Below are positions 17,055-19,026 of a stretch of DNA of 19,026 bases, piece by piece. How positions within the stretch are numbered: the stretch's first letter is position 1; each line of letters opens with the position of its first letter. The notes under the pieces are model-generated. The model was given only the letters and a program-made list of their open reading frames with translations, was not told the origin of the DNA and searched no databases. The stretch comes from Promethearchaeota archaeon (GTDB lineage Archaea; Asgardarchaeota; Lokiarchaeia; Sigyniarchaeales; SOKP01): contig JAHLWS010000050.1 of the NCBI GenBank assembly GCA_019057795.1, positions 1-19,026 of the forward strand, written 5' to 3'. A program made the translations under genes and the position numbers.

Positions 17055-17087
17055 AAACAGTTCGTATAAAAACGAGTTATACGAAAT
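17055..17087 (+). other. attI-like site of the right integron platform
   Basis: aaacagTTCGTATAAA-AACGA-GTTATACGAA. The crossover G (17076) is 115 bp from the relic integrase start. Confidence 0.75.
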
Positions 17088-17132
17088 AAAATGTCTGCAT
17101 GAAAGAGGTATTATATAGATATTATTTTAATT

Positions 17133-17672
17133 ATGTTTATTGCATTTGGATTAGCAATGGATGCTTTCGCTGTATCTATCACAAGTGGATTAACAATTAA
17201 ATCCTTGAAAATTAATAATGCTTTAAGGATTGCAATATTTTTTGGGTTATTTCAGGCGATTATGCCATTAATTGGGTGGTTAGCAGGACTTAGCTTCCGA
17301 GATTTTATTTCAGGCGTTGACCATTGGATAGCTTTTGGACTTCTAAGCATAATAGGCTGTAAAATGATTTATGAATCATCTAAAATGGAGTTAAGCAACA
17401 AGAGAATAAATCCGCTGAATGTTTATGTTCTGCTGATGTTATCTTTTGCAACAAGTATCGATGCTTTGGCTGTTGGTTTAAGCCTATCATTCTTAAACGT
17501 TTCCATTGCACTACCTGCAATAATAATTGGAATTGTAACATTTTTACTATCGATTTTTGGTGTTTATCTTGGTAATAGATTTGGACACTATTTTGAAAGA
17601 AAAATCGAAATAATCGGTGGTTTAATTTTAATTGGTATTGGAATAAAAATATTAATTGAGCACTTAACCTAA
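17133..17672 (+). CDS. mntP: Manganese efflux pump MntP family protein (cassette 1)
   Basis: GLAMDAFAVS, FGLFQAIMP, DHWIAF, ATSIDALAVG, EIIGGLILIGIG. The RBS-aligned start is ATA at 17115. Confidence 0.93.
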   Translation: MFIAFGLAMDAFAVSITSGLTIKSLKINNALRIAIFFGLFQAIMPLIGWLAGLSFRDFISGVDHWIAFGLLSIIGCKMIYESSKMELSNKRINPLNVYVLLMLSFATSIDALAVGLSLSFLNVSIALPAIIIGIVTFLLSIFGVYLGNRFGHYFERKIEIIGGLILIGIGIKILIEHLT

Positions 17673-17689
17673 AGGGCGACAGTTTAGAT

Positions 17690-17781
17690 CATATAACACG
17701 GTGTATGCGGTTCGGGTTAATGACCTTACTGAAATGCTCAGCTTTGCCTCGCACTTCGCATATACCCAGAACATTATACGC
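17690..17781 (+). other. attC site with R' mutated from GTT to ATT
   Basis: R'' CATATAAC, L'' GGTGTATGCG, L' CGCATATACC, R' ATTATACGC. Starts 17 bp after the mntP stop. Confidence 0.75.
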
Positions 17782-17831
17782 AAGCGGCTTCGTGACACCA
17801 AAATAAGAAAATTTAAAAATAGTAAACAATT

Positions 17832-18464
17832 ATGATAGGTGATAAGAAAATGAACAAACAAATATTTCTAAAATGGCTTAAAATTAACAGTTTATGTTTC
17901 ATAGGTGCCTTTATTGCAGTATTCCTTTTGGTCCAATTATTTCCCAATATCATGCTCGGATTTCTAGGAGGATGGACTACTTTAATAGAGATGACAGGAG
18001 CTAAGAAGATGGCAGAACTTCCTTCCAGGTTTGATGCATTCATTCATACACTTTCCAGAAACAGCGTCTCGATCATTATTGTTTTTATCACTGCACTACT
18101 CTTGCAGGCACCAATTTTGATGGTAGTGTTTGGTTCATTCTATTCTCTTATAGCTTTTCTTGCCCCGCTAACGATTGGAAAAACATTCGCTCTTTTCGAT
18201 TGGATTCTAATTGCAACCGAAGCACTTTTCTTTATTGTAACTGCCACTTTTGCATCAACTCTTGCTACGGAAGTATTTGGAGTAAAACCAGAGAAAAAAC
18301 AGATATTAGAGTATTGGAAAAAAAATTGGAAGAAGTTACTTCCTGAGCAAAAAAGAAGTTGGAGGATTGTGTTCAAAGAAAACATGAAAGAATTTACCTT
18401 TTTCATCATAATAATTTTAGCATTACTCATATTTGGAGCATGTTTTGAAGTTTGGGGTTATTGA
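17832..18464 (+). CDS. Integral membrane protein, SpoIIM (DUF95)-like (cassette 2)
   Basis: Several hydrophobic helices, FIH...RN, a mid-helix Glu and C-terminal LLIFGACFEV. Likely start at 17850 after AGGTGA. Confidence 0.55.
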   Translation: MIGDKKMNKQIFLKWLKINSLCFIGAFIAVFLLVQLFPNIMLGFLGGWTTLIEMTGAKKMAELPSRFDAFIHTLSRNSVSIIIVFITALLLQAPILMVVFGSFYSLIAFLAPLTIGKTFALFDWILIATEALFFIVTATFASTLATEVFGVKPEKKQILEYWKKNWKKLLPEQKRSWRIVFKENMKEFTFFIIIILALLIFGACFEVWGY

Positions 18465-18536
18465 AATGGAAAGAAGTCAAATGGTGTCCCTTCGCTGACT
18501 CTTCGGAATGCTTCGCATTCCTTTTCCCTATCGGGA

Positions 18537-18560
18537 GCGTATAACATCGGAAGTATGGGA
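18537..18560 (+). other. Collapsed attC remnant
   Basis: R'' GCGTATAAC complements the cassette 2 start (G)TTATACGC. The internal arms are missing. Confidence 0.5.
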
Positions 18561-18637
18561 ACAATTTCCAAATTTGCTTCGTCTAAAATGTAATTATTAT
18601 TATTAACCCAATACTTAACTCATAAGGAGGTTCAGAA

Positions 18638-19026
18638 ATATCGAAAAAGCTGGAAGAGCGCATGAACGTAATCGCTGTGTTGCTAGCAGTTTTGGTTCTA
18701 CTAGCTAACTGCAGACCTCCAGGAGAGATCAAGCTGGACGCTGGTAACAATGGCAGCCAGATCGAGATTGAGCAAGGTCAAATCCTGGTCATTACATTGG
18801 AGGCTAATCCCACTACTGGTTATACGTGGGAAATGATCGAAGGCGAGGAACAAATCCTGCAGCAAGTAGGAGAAATTGAGTTTCAACCGGATTCTAAGTT
18901 AATAGGCGCTCCAGGTATACAGACCCTGCGTTTAGAGGCTGTTAATGTAGGAAAGATAACTCTCAAATTGATATACCACCGACCCTGGGAAGAGAATGTG
19001 GACCCACTAGAAACCTTCTCTGTCCA
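18638..19026 (+). CDS. Protease inhibitor I42 (chagasin family) lipoprotein, running off the window end
   Basis: NPTTGYTW, IGAPG and YHRPWE motifs; lipobox LANC. AAGGAGG precedes ATA at 18638, with an in-frame ATG at 18662. Confidence 0.88.
   Translation, partial: MSKKLEERMNVIAVLLAVLVLLANCRPPGEIKLDAGNNGSQIEIEQGQILVITLEANPTTGYTWEMIEGEEQILQQVGEIEFQPDSKLIGAPGIQTLRLEAVNVGKITLKLIYHRPWEENVDPLETFSV

Noticed and set aside
17061-17085. loxP or chromosomal dif site (TTCGTATA...TATACGAA)
   Set aside because: The spacer length fits neither, the loxP outer ATAAC and the XerD arm are absent, and the geometry and context fit attI better.

Overview
An AT-rich bacterial accessory region around a tRNA-Gln(TTG) gene (14243-14316, minus strand), made of layered and partly decayed mobile DNA. 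Left part (1-8100): candidate defence genes (PUA/EVE-like + NucS-type nuclease, NDT-like + wHTH, GIY-YIG, PIN-like), an IS91/ISCR transposase remnant, a collapsed prophage relic (3D domain, Cro, DUF4373 initiator, HNH/integrase fragments) and one complete integron cassette. Middle (8915-14305): an apparently intact integrative element. It carries a TPR + winged-helix gene, TGACTCA repeats with a hairpin, a 54-aa ORF, a gene II/Rep_trans-like rolling-circle initiator and a large serine recombinase whose frame ends inside the tRNA. Right part (14400-19026): TauE and terminase relics, then two mirror-image integron platforms. Each has a truncated integrase with an attI-like site 115 bp from its degenerate start, and cassettes pointing outwards (PD40 lipoprotein to the left; MntP, SpoIIM-like and I42 inhibitor to the right). 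Six related attI-like simple sites are spread across the window. All family calls come from motif recognition by eye; no searches were run.
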